Shown piece by piece: positions 10,403-19,911 of a stretch of DNA of 63,854 nucleotides. The position numbers and the translations under genes were made by a program. The notes beneath the pieces are model-generated. The model did not search any database. It was given only the letters and a program-made list of their open reading frames with translations, and was not told the origin of the DNA. Origin of the DNA: Schleiferiaceae bacterium (lineage in GTDB: Bacteria > Bacteroidota > Bacteroidia > Flavobacteriales > Schleiferiaceae); NCBI GenBank assembly GCA_049631665.1, contig JBNAAX010000001.1, positions 1-63,854 on the forward strand, read 5' to 3'. Position 1 is the first letter of the stretch, and each line of letters begins with the position of its first letter.

Positions 10403-10428
10403 GAAACGAAATAACCGTAAATCGTTTC
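10403..10428. promoter_or_regulatory. Inverted repeat, candidate TetR operator
   Basis: gaaacga (10403-10409) N12 tcgtttc (10422-10428), lying 43-68 nt upstream of the tetR start in the tetR/asnS divergent intergenic region. Confidence 0.25.
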
Positions 10429-10520
10429 CTGGGTTTCCTTCTTGAACAATTTTTATGCCATAATGATGATTGCTAGGAGATTTTTACAGAAAAATTGTAT
10501 TTTAAATGGGCCGCTTGGTG

Positions 10521-10528
10521 CATATTTG
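10521..10528 (+). promoter_or_regulatory. Near-consensus Bacteroidota -7 promoter box for asnS
   Basis: catatttg against TAnnTTTG (1 mismatch), 18 nt upstream of the asnS ATG. Confidence 0.3.
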
Positions 10529-10546
10529 TAGCAAACAACAGAAAGA

Positions 10547-11950
10547 ATGAGCATTTCGAAGATTTTACAAGAGCCGACATTAGGCAGTGTCATTACAGTT
10601 AAAGGATGGGTACGCAGCTTTAGAAGCAATAGATTCATCGCCCTTAACGACGGGTCTGCATTGGCCAACCTACAATGTGTCGTAGACTTCGAGAATGAAG
10701 ACGAAAACCAGCTCAAGCGCATCACAACAGGCGCTTGTTTGGCAGTTACTGGTGAACTTGTGGAGAGCCAAGGAAAAGGTCAAAGCGTTGAAATCAATGT
10801 ACAGTCTTTTGAAGTTTTAGGCGATGCTCCTGTAGAGGAATACCCTCTTCAACCGAAAAAACACAGCCTTGAATTCTTGCGTGAGATCGCACACCTGCGT
10901 CCTCGTACGAACACCTTTGGCGCCGTATTCCGGATTCGTCACGCGCTGTCGTTTGCGATCCACAACTACTTCAACAAAGAAGGATTCTTCAACTGGCACA
11001 GTCCAATCATTACTGGATCAGATGCAGAAGGTGCAGGCGAAATGTTCCGTGTTACTACGCTGCCAAACGGCACAGACCAAGAAAGCAGTGAAGACTTCTT
11101 CGGAAAAGAAACACACCTCACCGTGAGTGGCCAGCTCGAAGGAGAACTTGGCGCTATGGGATTAGGTAAAATTTACACCTTCGGCCCTACGTTCCGTGCT
11201 GAAAACTCAAATACAACGCGTCACCTTGCAGAGTTCTGGATGATCGAGCCTGAGATGGCATTCTTCGATCTGGAAATGAACATGGACCTCGCAGAAGACT
11301 TCTTGAAATACACCATTCAATATGTCTTAGACCATTGCCGTGCAGACCTCGAGTTCCTCGACAAGCGCTTTGCAGACGAGCAGAAAACGAAACCGCAGAA
11401 TGAGCGATCAGAACAAGGGCTAATCGAAAAGCTCGAATTCGTAGTAAGTAACGACTTCGTGCGCTTGAGCTACACTGAGGCCATCGAAATCCTGCGCAAC
11501 TGTAAGCCTAATAAGAAGAAGAAATTCAAATACCTCATAGGTGAATGGGGTGCAGATTTACAAAGTGAGCACGAACGCTACCTCGTTGAAAAGCATTTTA
11601 AAGCACCGGTGGTATTGTTTGATTACCCGGCCAACATCAAGGCTTTCTACATGCGCTTGAACGAAGACGAAAAAACCGTTCGTGCCATGGACATTTTGTT
11701 CCCAGGCATCGGCGAGATTGTCGGAGGTTCACAACGTGAGGAGCGCTACGATGTCCTCAAACAAAAAGTCGCAGATGTCGGTATCCCTGAAGAAGAACTA
11801 TGGTGGTACCTCGAAACCCGCAAGTTTGGAACATGTGTCCACAGCGGATTTGGATTAGGCTTTGAGCGCTTGGTCTTGTTCGCAACAGGCATGGGCAACA
11901 TCCGTGATGTTATCCCGTTCCCACGTACGCCAAAGAGCGCCAACTTTTAA
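10547..11950 (+). CDS. asnS: Asparagine--tRNA ligase
   Basis: 467 aa. N-terminal OB anticodon-binding domain and class II motifs ([28 protein letters not shown]). Confidence 0.95.
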   Translation: MSISKILQEPTLGSVITVKGWVRSFRSNRFIALNDGSALANLQCVVDFENEDENQLKRITTGACLAVTGELVESQGKGQSVEINVQSFEVLGDAPVEEYPLQPKKHSLEFLREIAHLRPRTNTFGAVFRIRHALSFAIHNYFNKEGFFNWHSPIITGSDAEGAGEMFRVTTLPNGTDQESSEDFFGKETHLTVSGQLEGELGAMGLGKIYTFGPTFRAENSNTTRHLAEFWMIEPEMAFFDLEMNMDLAEDFLKYTIQYVLDHCRADLEFLDKRFADEQKTKPQNERSEQGLIEKLEFVVSNDFVRLSYTEAIEILRNCKPNKKKKFKYLIGEWGADLQSEHERYLVEKHFKAPVVLFDYPANIKAFYMRLNEDEKTVRAMDILFPGIGEIVGGSQREERYDVLKQKVADVGIPEEELWWYLETRKFGTCVHSGFGLGFERLVLFATGMGNIRDVIPFPRTPKSANF

Positions 11951-11971
11951 ACGACCTCCCATCCCTAACCT

Positions 11972-13414
11972 ATGTTAAAGCAAACCCTATCACAAAAACT
12001 TCAACAAAAGCTGAGTCCTCAACAGATTCAGCTCATGAAGTTGGTTCAGCTACCGACGCAAAGTCTGGAAGCGCGCATCAAACAGGAGTTGGAAGAAAAT
12101 CCAGCACTTAACGAGGGTAGGGAAAAGCAAGAGGACAACTTCGAAAATGATAATTCCGACGACCGCGAAGTTCGCGACAGCATGGAGGAAATCAACTGGG
12201 ACGACTATCTCCGCGACGATGATATTCCAGAATACCGCACCAGAGCAAACAACTTCAGTGTAGACGACGAATTGTACGAAGCACCAGTAGTTGTCAGTGA
12301 AAGCTTTCATGAGAGTCTCATTAGCCAACTGCGGTTGCGCAACCTCAGCGAAGAGGATTTAGAATTGGCCATTTACCTCGTGGGTACCATTGATGACGAC
12401 GGTATTCTTCGCCGTTCCATGGAAGATATCGTTGATGACCTCGCCTTTTCACAAGGTGTGTTCACGGACGAAAAGGAACTGGAGCGCCTGCTGATGATCA
12501 TCCAAGATTTAGACCCTGCAGGTGTCGGAGGCCGCGATTTGCAGGAATGTTTGATTATTCAACTAGAACGTAAAACTCCGTCGCTGCGCGTCAATCTTGC
12601 CTTGAGTATCCTCGAGGACTACTTTGATATTTTCGTCAAGCGTCATTATCAAAAATTGATGGATCGTTTAGGCGTTCAGGAGGATGAGCTAAAGGAAGCC
12701 ATTGAAGAAATTGGCCGACTAAACCCCAAACCGGGCGGCTCCTCAAACCTTAGCAGACCCACCGAAAACGTCATTCCGGATTACAACCTTAAGATTGTTG
12801 ACGACGAACTGGAATTGACCCTCAATGGGCGGAATGCTCCAGAACTCAGTCTAAGTCCGAAATACCGAGAAATGTTGGAGCATTACAAGGCCAGCGGACA
12901 GAAGAATAAGTCAGAGAAAGAAGCGCAGCTTTTTGTCAAGCAAAAGCTTGATAGCGCCAAATGGTTTATTGAAGCCATCGTGCAGCGTCAGCAAACACTC
13001 ATGTTTACTATGGAGGCCATCCTCGAATACCAACGCGAGTATTTCTTGACCGGTGACGAACGCAAACTCAAGCCAATGATCCTCAAGGACATTGCCGAAA
13101 AAATTGAAATGGACATCTCGACTGTGAGTCGCGTTGCTTCCAACAAATACATTCAGACGCCCTACGGGACATTCCTCATCAAGCGGTTTTTCTCAGAGTC
13201 GATGACCAACGCCGACGGTGAAGAGGTCAGCACTAGAGAAATCAAAAAGATTTTAGAAGATGTCGTCGCTGAGGAGAACAAGCGTAAGCCTTTAACCGAC
13301 GAATCCTTGGCTACAATCCTTAAGGAGAAAGGCTACCCGATAGCGCGTCGAACCGTCGCTAAATATCGCGAGCAACTCGACATTCCAGTAGCCCGAATGC
13401 GAAAAGAACTTTAG
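11972..13414 (+). CDS. rpoN: RNA polymerase sigma-54 factor
   Basis: 480 aa. Q/L-rich region I (LSPQQIQLMKLVQLPTQSLE), an acidic region II, and the C-terminal RpoN box ARRTVAKYRE. Confidence 0.93.
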   Translation: MLKQTLSQKLQQKLSPQQIQLMKLVQLPTQSLEARIKQELEENPALNEGREKQEDNFENDNSDDREVRDSMEEINWDDYLRDDDIPEYRTRANNFSVDDELYEAPVVVSESFHESLISQLRLRNLSEEDLELAIYLVGTIDDDGILRRSMEDIVDDLAFSQGVFTDEKELERLLMIIQDLDPAGVGGRDLQECLIIQLERKTPSLRVNLALSILEDYFDIFVKRHYQKLMDRLGVQEDELKEAIEEIGRLNPKPGGSSNLSRPTENVIPDYNLKIVDDELELTLNGRNAPELSLSPKYREMLEHYKASGQKNKSEKEAQLFVKQKLDSAKWFIEAIVQRQQTLMFTMEAILEYQREYFLTGDERKLKPMILKDIAEKIEMDISTVSRVASNKYIQTPYGTFLIKRFFSESMTNADGEEVSTREIKKILEDVVAEENKRKPLTDESLATILKEKGYPIARRTVAKYREQLDIPVARMRKEL

Positions 13415-14025
13415 TGCACTTCAGCTTCAAACATATTCTTGCTCAGCTGTTGAGCTATGCATTGCACCCAGGGATTCTTCCTACCGTCGGAGCATTCTAC
13501 ATCTTGTTTGTACACCCTGATGTTTTCGCCATCGAAAGTATCGCCCGCGTGTTGTTTATCGTGTTCACAGGTACGTACCTCATCCCCATGCTTGTCATTT
13601 ACATACTCACCGTATTGGGCATTATTGAAAGTGTACATCTTATTAGAAAGCAAGACCGCATATATCCTTATGTAGTAGCTGCGTTTAGTGCCATCTTAAC
13701 CTCTCGTATTCTGATGAATATGGGGGGCCCAAAGGAAATCGTCTACAGTACCCTAGCCAGTGCTTTTGTTTTAGTAGTTAGCTCTGTGCTCATTCCTTTC
13801 TTCAAGAGCAGTGCACACATGGCTGGAATAGCTGGATTTACAGGGTTGTATCTCGCCCTTTTCGAAAAATACAATTCCGGAAACCTAAGCACCATGCTTG
13901 TACTTGTGGGTCTTTGTGGCGCCATGGCTTGGGCACGCACAGCTCTTAAACGCCACACTCTCAGAGAACTATTTAGCGGTGGCGTTTTGGGCTTTTTTAG
14001 CCTTTACGTACTTCTTTCTCGGTAA
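13414..14025 (+). CDS. Polytopic membrane protein, possibly PAP2-like phosphatase superfamily
   Basis: 203 aa with about 6 predicted TM segments. SSAHMAG and RTALKRHT resemble PAP2 motifs C2 and C3. The GTG start overlaps the rpoN stop (TAGTG). The function is uncertain. Confidence 0.5.
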   Translation: MHFSFKHILAQLLSYALHPGILPTVGAFYILFVHPDVFAIESIARVLFIVFTGTYLIPMLVIYILTVLGIIESVHLIRKQDRIYPYVVAAFSAILTSRILMNMGGPKEIVYSTLASAFVLVVSSVLIPFFKSSAHMAGIAGFTGLYLALFEKYNSGNLSTMLVLVGLCGAMAWARTALKRHTLRELFSGGVLGFFSLYVLLSR

Positions 14026-14091
14026 ATCGATTCGTTTACTCATTCTTCTTGTGCTCGCAGAATTTTATGTAGATATTTATACTACTCAAAA

Positions 14092-16320
14092 ATGCACAAG
14101 AACAACAACCTCATGAAAAACGTCATTCGTCTCTTTATTCTTGCGTTCGCATTCTTAGGAATGTCAACCGTCGCTGAGGCCTCGCACAATGCAGGTGGTG
14201 ATATTCAATACGAATACATCAGCTCTACAGGTAACTCGCACAAATACAAAATTACCATGCGTCTGTACCGCGATGCGACAGGTATTAACCTACCGGCTTC
14301 TGCAACAGTATACGCTTGTTCCGCAAACTTTGCTACCGTAAGTGCTACTCTGTCAGAGGTCGGTACTACAGGTGGTTCAGGGGTAGTAGCTCCAACACTT
14401 TTCGACTGTGTAAGCAGTACGAATGCTGGGGTAACTATCAACGTAATGCTTTACGAAGGTGAAATCACCCTCCCAGGTAACGCGCCGGATTGGACGTTTG
14501 CATTTAGTACATGTTGTCGTAACCCAGCGGTAGACAATATCACCAACCCATCATCACAGGGCTTCTACATTGAAGCAAAGTTGAATAACCAAGTCGGTCA
14601 AAACAACAGCCCGGAATTCGTAAGTGAGCCAGTACGTGCATTTTGTACAGGGCGTACTTTCAACTGGAAGCAAAGTGTTGTTGAACCAGACGGTGATTCC
14701 ATTTACTACCGTATTTCACACGTGAAAGCAGGTGCTTCAGGGTCTTGTTCGCCAACGAACATCCCTTATGCTACAGGTTGGACGTACGATCAACCGATCA
14801 CAACAAGCCCTGCAAACTCGTTGTACATGAACCCTTCTACGGGTTTGATTACTTTCAAACCGTCTGCTATTGAGATTGACGTAATGGCAGTAACCGTAGA
14901 CGAGTACCGTTACGACTCTACATTGTATGTATGGCGTAAGATTGGCGAGGTAAACCGTGATATGCAGATTGCCATCGCTTCTGCGTGTACACCACTTGCT
15001 CAAGCAGGTGTACAGCTTGATTACCAAGCACCGGGCATGTACCAAGATCCAGTAAACGGTCTGCCAACGGTAGATTACAACTGTTTGGATTCTTCAGTGA
15101 CTTTGAAATTCGCTGTAAAGTTGGATTGTAGCTCTATCTCGCCTGACGGAACAGACTTCCGTTTAACGAAGCCTGACGGTCAACCGTTGGCTATTGAGTC
15201 CATCACAGCGAACTGTGATAACAACTTTGAGGCTTCTCAAATGACCGTCAAGCTGTTCAAGCCACTTACCAAAAACGGTAAATACTTCTTGTACTCTAAG
15301 GTGGGTAATGATGGAAACACGCTCTTGAACAAGTGTGGTTTCCCAATGAACGAATTTGATACCATTCAGCTAAATGTAGAAGGCTGTTTCAACGCCGACT
15401 ACCAATTGGAAAACGTAACTATTGAAGACGATAAGAATCCGGTGATCGAATGGAGCGCTGATACTTCGTCGTACCCGAACTACCTATTCCAAGAATGGCA
15501 GATCTTCCGCAAGGATCCAGGCCAAACACAATGGAACAAGGTGGGTACGGTATTCAACCAGTACAAATACGACTTTAAAGACAACCAAATCGGTTTTATC
15601 AAGGTTGATCAAGACAGCTACGACTATCGTGTCGACATGAAGTTGAACGACGATATGCAGGGTCCTACGGGCGATGCACACAGCATCCTCTTGCAAAGAG
15701 ACAATGGTATAGTGCCAATCGTTGATCCTGATACCAATGCGATCAATCTGATCTGGAATACCTACAATGCTTGGCCGGTAGACAGCTACACAGTAGTCAT
15801 GCAAGAAAAAATAAACGGTACTTGGATGCAGGAGTTTGTGCACGATCACGTAAGCTCGCCACAAAACCCTGTAGTAGCGCCAGATACAACATATGAAATG
15901 TTCGTCGAACTCGTTCCAGGTGAATACCGCGTATGTGTTCGTACGACCAATCCAGGCGATACAGTATATACCGCCTACTCGAACTGTTTGCCAATCATCG
16001 TGACTACGCCTCCAGTTCCTGATACTGTGGTAGTACCAAACTTTATCACGCCGAATGCGGATAACGTGAACGATGAGTTCATCCTTCAATACGTAGACGA
16101 TTACGAAGACCTCAGTCAAGTGACTATCTACAACAGATGGGGTGACCGTGTATGGCAAAGTGAACCGCTCTACGACAACTCTAACCCGTGGAGAGGAACC
16201 AACCAAAACGGCACTAAATTGGCCGACGGTGTCTACTTCTACACCATCGAGCTTCGAAACGATGCTGACCAGTACGATTACACCATTAACGGTACGGTCA
16301 CCATTATGGATGCCCGCTAA
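14092..16320 (+). CDS. Large secreted/cell-surface protein with a T9SS type B (gliding-motility-associated) C-terminal sorting domain
   Basis: 742 aa. Signal peptide; SHNAGGDIQYEY motif right after the cleavage site. C-terminus VPNFITPNADNVNDEF...IYNRWGDRVW...W.G....G..L.DGVYFY. The true start may be the ATG at 14113. Confidence 0.85.
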   Translation: MHKNNNLMKNVIRLFILAFAFLGMSTVAEASHNAGGDIQYEYISSTGNSHKYKITMRLYRDATGINLPASATVYACSANFATVSATLSEVGTTGGSGVVAPTLFDCVSSTNAGVTINVMLYEGEITLPGNAPDWTFAFSTCCRNPAVDNITNPSSQGFYIEAKLNNQVGQNNSPEFVSEPVRAFCTGRTFNWKQSVVEPDGDSIYYRISHVKAGASGSCSPTNIPYATGWTYDQPITTSPANSLYMNPSTGLITFKPSAIEIDVMAVTVDEYRYDSTLYVWRKIGEVNRDMQIAIASACTPLAQAGVQLDYQAPGMYQDPVNGLPTVDYNCLDSSVTLKFAVKLDCSSISPDGTDFRLTKPDGQPLAIESITANCDNNFEASQMTVKLFKPLTKNGKYFLYSKVGNDGNTLLNKCGFPMNEFDTIQLNVEGCFNADYQLENVTIEDDKNPVIEWSADTSSYPNYLFQEWQIFRKDPGQTQWNKVGTVFNQYKYDFKDNQIGFIKVDQDSYDYRVDMKLNDDMQGPTGDAHSILLQRDNGIVPIVDPDTNAINLIWNTYNAWPVDSYTVVMQEKINGTWMQEFVHDHVSSPQNPVVAPDTTYEMFVELVPGEYRVCVRTTNPGDTVYTAYSNCLPIIVTTPPVPDTVVVPNFITPNADNVNDEFILQYVDDYEDLSQVTIYNRWGDRVWQSEPLYDNSNPWRGTNQNGTKLADGVYFYTIELRNDADQYDYTINGTVTIMDAR

Positions 16321-16352
16321 AATGTCCCCACTCGCTTAACACGCGAACACAG

Positions 16353-16384
16353 CCCGGCTCCCCCACAGGGAGCCGGGTTTTTTT
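16353..16384 (+). terminator. Rho-independent terminator
   Basis: cccggctccc (16353-16362), loop ccaca, gggagccggg (16368-16377), then a T7 run (16378-16384). Confidence 0.85.
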
Positions 16385-16396
16385 ATCTTTACCTCA

Positions 16397-18196
16397 ATGG
16401 CAAACACACCCGTACACATTCAAAATCTGCTAAAGACCCTGCCTCACAAACCTGGGGTCTACCAGCACATTGATAAGGACGGGAACATCCTATATATCGG
16501 GAAGGCGAAAGACCTGAAAAAGCGAGTTAGTAGCTATTTTACCAAGAGTGTTACCAGTGCTCGTATTGCCGTCATGGTAAAGAAGGTGGCCGACATCCGG
16601 ACCATCATCACAGATTCCGAAGGGGATGCCTTGTTGCTTGAAAATAACCTCATCAAGGAGCACCAACCGCGCTACAACATCAACCTGAAGGACGATAAGA
16701 GCTACCCCTATATTACCATCCGAAAAGAGCGCTTTCCTAGGATCTATGGACTGCGCAACATCAAGCGTGACGGCAGTGAGTACTACGGTCCGTACCCATC
16801 AGTAAAAGCAATGAAAGCAGTGCTTGAGCTCATTAAGCAGATGTACCCAACGCGTACCTGCAAGTATCTTCTGAGTGAGGAAAACATTGAAAAAGGAAAG
16901 TTTAAACTGTGTCTTGAGTACCACATTGGGAATTGCAAAGGGCCGTGTGAAGACCTCCAAAGTGAAGCGGACTATAACGCAGATGTCGATGCTGCTCGAA
17001 AGATCATCAAAGGACAGCTGGGTGAGGTAAAACGCAACCTCAAAGAACGAATGGCCGGTCATGCTGCAAGCCTCGAATTTGAACAGGCCCAGTACTGCAA
17101 GGAGCGCTTGGATGCCCTCGAAAAGTATGCTGCGAAGAGCACGGTAGTTAGTTTCCGTATGACCAATATTGATGTGTTCAGCGTAAGTATGGATGCTGAA
17201 TTTGGGTACGTCAACTACCTGAAAATTGTTGAAGGCGCCATCGTTCAGAGCTACACCGTGGAGATGAAAAAGAAGCTTGAGGAGGAGCCGCAAGACTTCT
17301 TGCACCTGGCCATACCGGAGATACGCGATTTGTTTGGTTCCACATCCCGTCGTGTATTCACCTCTCACCCTGTTGCCCTAGAGCTTGAAGGGGTTGAATT
17401 TGCAGTACCGCAGAAAGGGGAGAAGAAGAAACTCATTGACCTCAGCATTAAGAATGCGATGTACTACCGTCAGGAGAAGCTTAAGAACATTCAGATTGTT
17501 GATCCCGACCGCCACGTAAAGCGCATCATGACCCAGATGAAGACGGATTTGCGCATGCCGGAGGAACCTCGTCACCTTGAGTGTTTTGACAACTCGAACA
17601 TCCAAGGAACAAATCCTGCATCGGCTTGTGTCGTCTTTAAAAACGGGAAGCCGTCGAAAAAAGACTACCGAAAGTTCAACATCAAAACGGTCGAAGGACC
17701 CGACGATTTCGCTTCCATGGAAGAGGTTGTACACAGAAGGTACAGACGCCTGTTGGACGAAGGAGAGCCACTTCCACAGTTGATTGTAATTGATGGGGGT
17801 AAAGGCCAGCTAAGTGCTGCTCTGAGTTCGCTCGAACGACTGGGACTTCGAGGTAAGATTACCATTATTGGCATTGCGAAACGTCTAGAAGAAATCTACT
17901 TCCCAGGGGATCCATACCCGCTCTATCTCGACAAACGAAGTGAAACACTTAAGATCATTCAGCAAGCACGCGACGAAGCTCACAGGTTCTCGTTGAGCCA
18001 CCACAGAAACCGCCGAAGCAAGGGGGCTTATAAAAGTGAATTGGACGGTATTAAAGGCATTGGTCCAGAGACCATCAAATCATTAATGCGCAAGTTTAAA
18101 AGCGTGAAGAAGGTGAAGGAAGCACCTTTCGAGGCGCTCGTAGAATGTGTCGGTTTGCAAAAGGCGAAACTCTTACAGACCTACTTGAAGGATTAA
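16397..18196 (+). CDS. uvrC: Excinuclease ABC subunit C
   Basis: 599 aa. N-terminal GIY-YIG domain (GVYQHIDKDGNILYIGKAKDLKKRV), a UVR domain, an endonuclease V-like domain and a C-terminal (HhH)2. Confidence 0.95.
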   Translation: MANTPVHIQNLLKTLPHKPGVYQHIDKDGNILYIGKAKDLKKRVSSYFTKSVTSARIAVMVKKVADIRTIITDSEGDALLLENNLIKEHQPRYNINLKDDKSYPYITIRKERFPRIYGLRNIKRDGSEYYGPYPSVKAMKAVLELIKQMYPTRTCKYLLSEENIEKGKFKLCLEYHIGNCKGPCEDLQSEADYNADVDAARKIIKGQLGEVKRNLKERMAGHAASLEFEQAQYCKERLDALEKYAAKSTVVSFRMTNIDVFSVSMDAEFGYVNYLKIVEGAIVQSYTVEMKKKLEEEPQDFLHLAIPEIRDLFGSTSRRVFTSHPVALELEGVEFAVPQKGEKKKLIDLSIKNAMYYRQEKLKNIQIVDPDRHVKRIMTQMKTDLRMPEEPRHLECFDNSNIQGTNPASACVVFKNGKPSKKDYRKFNIKTVEGPDDFASMEEVVHRRYRRLLDEGEPLPQLIVIDGGKGQLSAALSSLERLGLRGKITIIGIAKRLEEIYFPGDPYPLYLDKRSETLKIIQQARDEAHRFSLSHHRNRRSKGAYKSELDGIKGIGPETIKSLMRKFKSVKKVKEAPFEALVECVGLQKAKLLQTYLKD

Positions 18197-18519
18197 TCCT
18201 CCTTGACCAAATACGATTGCCAGCTCGTGTGGAAGAACAGAACTGCCGTCTCGTTGCGCTCGTTAAAGTATTGAATCATACGCGCCACCGTTGTGACAAT
18301 TTCTTTGGCCTTTTCAACGCGCTCTTTCAAGATCAGGTCAATGCTATCAATGTAAATGGCTACACCTGTATTGGAGACGCTCATGTCCTCAGGATCCTTG
18401 TCCTCGTCTTCCTCACCGCCAAGAATCTTAATAATGGGCCAATTCAGGCCTCCAGCATTTAGCTCATCGCGAACTTCTGCTGCATCGACTACAAACTGAA
18501 TAGAGGTACCTTCAAACAT
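18193..18519 (-). CDS. Hypothetical small acidic protein (108 aa)
   Basis: Clean ORF starting 23 nt downstream of the nitroreductase stop on the same strand. Contains an acidic patch GGEEDEDKDPED. I recognise no family. Its stop overlaps the uvrC stop (TTAA). Confidence 0.5.
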   Translation of the reverse strand: MFEGTSIQFVVDAAEVRDELNAGGLNWPIIKILGGEEDEDKDPEDMSVSNTGVAIYIDSIDLILKERVEKAKEIVTTVARMIQYFNERNETAVLFFHTSWQSYLVKED

Positions 18520-18542
18520 GTCTCTGAGAATTTTGACAAAGG

Positions 18543-19214
18543 TCAGATAAAATCGGTGATCTGGTCCAATTCTTTTTTAGAGATATCCGGAACCTGAACA
18601 TTATCCTTCGCATACCCAACCGGAAGCAATAAAAAGGGCTTTTCGTTCTGTGGGCGCCCAAGAATTTTTGACAAGAATCCCATAGGTGAAGGTGTATGCG
18701 TCAACGTGCTTAACCCTGCTGCATGGATGGCGGCTATTAAGAATCCACAAGCAATGCCTACGCTCTCCTGCACGTAGTAATTCTTTGCTTTGCTCCCGTC
18801 TCCATTCACATCATAGTTCTTGCGAAACACTACGATAAGCCACGGAGCATCTTCTAGGAAAGGCTTTTGCCAGTTCGTGGCAAAGGGCTTGAGATCATCG
18901 AGCCACTCTTCTGAAGCGCGACCTCCGTAAAAGGCTTTTTCCTCTTCTTCAGCAGCCTCGCGAATCTGCTTTTTAACTTCAGGATCTTGAACGGCTACAA
19001 AGTGCCACGGTTGCTTATTTGCACCGCTCGGCGCACTTGCTGCTAATGAAATCAATGCTTCGATCTGCTCCTTTAAAACCGGCGCGCTAGAATATTCCCG
19101 AACGCTGCGTCTGGTACTCAGGTTTTTCTCGAACTGTTCGAAGAGTTTGAGCGCCTCCTCTGAATTTGAAGGCCACGGCTGGTAAGGAATCATAGGTGCA
19201 TCCATACCCGCCAA
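18543..19214 (-). CDS. Nitroreductase-superfamily flavoprotein, iodotyrosine deiodinase (IYD)-like
   Basis: 223 aa. RRSVREY, SAPSGANKQPWHF, EEEEKAFY...W..DLK....NW.K.FL..AP.LI..F, and the C-terminus LLLPVGY.....VPD..KK.LDQI run colinear with animal and bacterial IYD as I remember them. Confidence 0.8.
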   Translation of the reverse strand: MAGMDAPMIPYQPWPSNSEEALKLFEQFEKNLSTRRSVREYSSAPVLKEQIEALISLAASAPSGANKQPWHFVAVQDPEVKKQIREAAEEEEKAFYGGRASEEWLDDLKPFATNWQKPFLEDAPWLIVVFRKNYDVNGDGSKAKNYYVQESVGIACGFLIAAIHAAGLSTLTHTPSPMGFLSKILGRPQNEKPFLLLPVGYAKDNVQVPDISKKELDQITDFI

Positions 19215-19222
19215 GTTAACTT

Positions 19223-19909
19223 TTATTTTGCCGTATCGCTAATGACCTTACCGTCGCTGATACTGACCACTCTCTTGGCCTTTGCAATGACTCTATCGTC
19301 ATGGGTCGCAAAGACAAACGTCATGTTTTCTTGAGCATTCAGCTGCTCCATAATGTCCAGCAATTTTGAGGTACTTTCAGAATCCAAGTTCGCGGTAGGC
19401 TCGTCTGCCAAAACAAATTTGGGTTTAGACGCCAAGGCGCGTGCCACGGCAACGCGCTGCTGCTGCCCCCCAGAGAGCTGGCCCGGTCGCTTATCTTCTT
19501 TCCCTTCCAAGCCCACTGCCTTCAAGAGCTGCTCGGCACGTGCCAATCGCTCTTCCTTAGGGCGGTCTTGCAGCAGCATGATGAAGCTCACATTCTCTGT
19601 TGCACTGAGGACAGGAATAAGGTTATACGCTTGGAAAACGAATCCGATGTTGTGCAATCTAAAATCAATAAGTTCATTGTCTGAGAGCGCTGTGATGTTG
19701 GTGCCGTCAATAAGTATGGATCCCGAAGTCGGTTGGTCCAAACCACCAAGAAGATTGAGTAGTGTTGTTTTACCACAGCCCGAAGGACCTTTAAGTGCAG
19801 TAAACTCGCCTTCGGTAATGGTCAAATCTATCCCGTTTACTGCCTTTACAGGAACCGCGCCGTCGTACACTTTGTGAAGTCCACTTACTTCAATAACTGC
19901 TTTGCTCAT
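19223..19909 (-). CDS. ABC transporter ATP-binding protein (LolD/MacB-type)
   Basis: 228 aa. Walker [10 protein letters not shown], signature [15 protein letters not shown], Walker [10 protein letters not shown]-loop ATHD. Confidence 0.93.
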   Translation of the reverse strand: MSKAVIEVSGLHKVYDGAVPVKAVNGIDLTITEGEFTALKGPSGCGKTTLLNLLGGLDQPTSGSILIDGTNITALSDNELIDFRLHNIGFVFQAYNLIPVLSATENVSFIMLLQDRPKEERLARAEQLLKAVGLEGKEDKRPGQLSGGQQQRVAVARALASKPKFVLADEPTANLDSESTSKLLDIMEQLNAQENMTFVFATHDDRVIAKAKRVVSISDGKVISDTAK

Positions 19910-19911
19910 AC

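Noticed and set aside
10453-10725. 90-aa minus-strand ORF spanning the asnS promoter and start
   Set aside because: It overlaps the asnS 5' end antisense, has no signals, and its sequence is unlike a real protein.
15484-16206. 240-aa ORF antisense to the type B T9SS cargo gene
   Set aside because: It is entirely embedded in a gene with strong family signatures. The translation is W/R/V/H-rich with no recognisable motifs, no start context and no promoter. It is a typical shadow ORF.
16799-17368. 189-aa ORF antisense within uvrC
   Set aside because: uvrC is unambiguous on the plus strand, and the antisense product has no motifs or independent signals.
18145-18462. 105-aa plus-strand ORF overlapping the uvrC 3' end and the small acidic ORF
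   Set aside because: It starts inside uvrC in another frame. The minus-strand ORF fits the operon spacing (23 nt after the IYD-like stop) much better.
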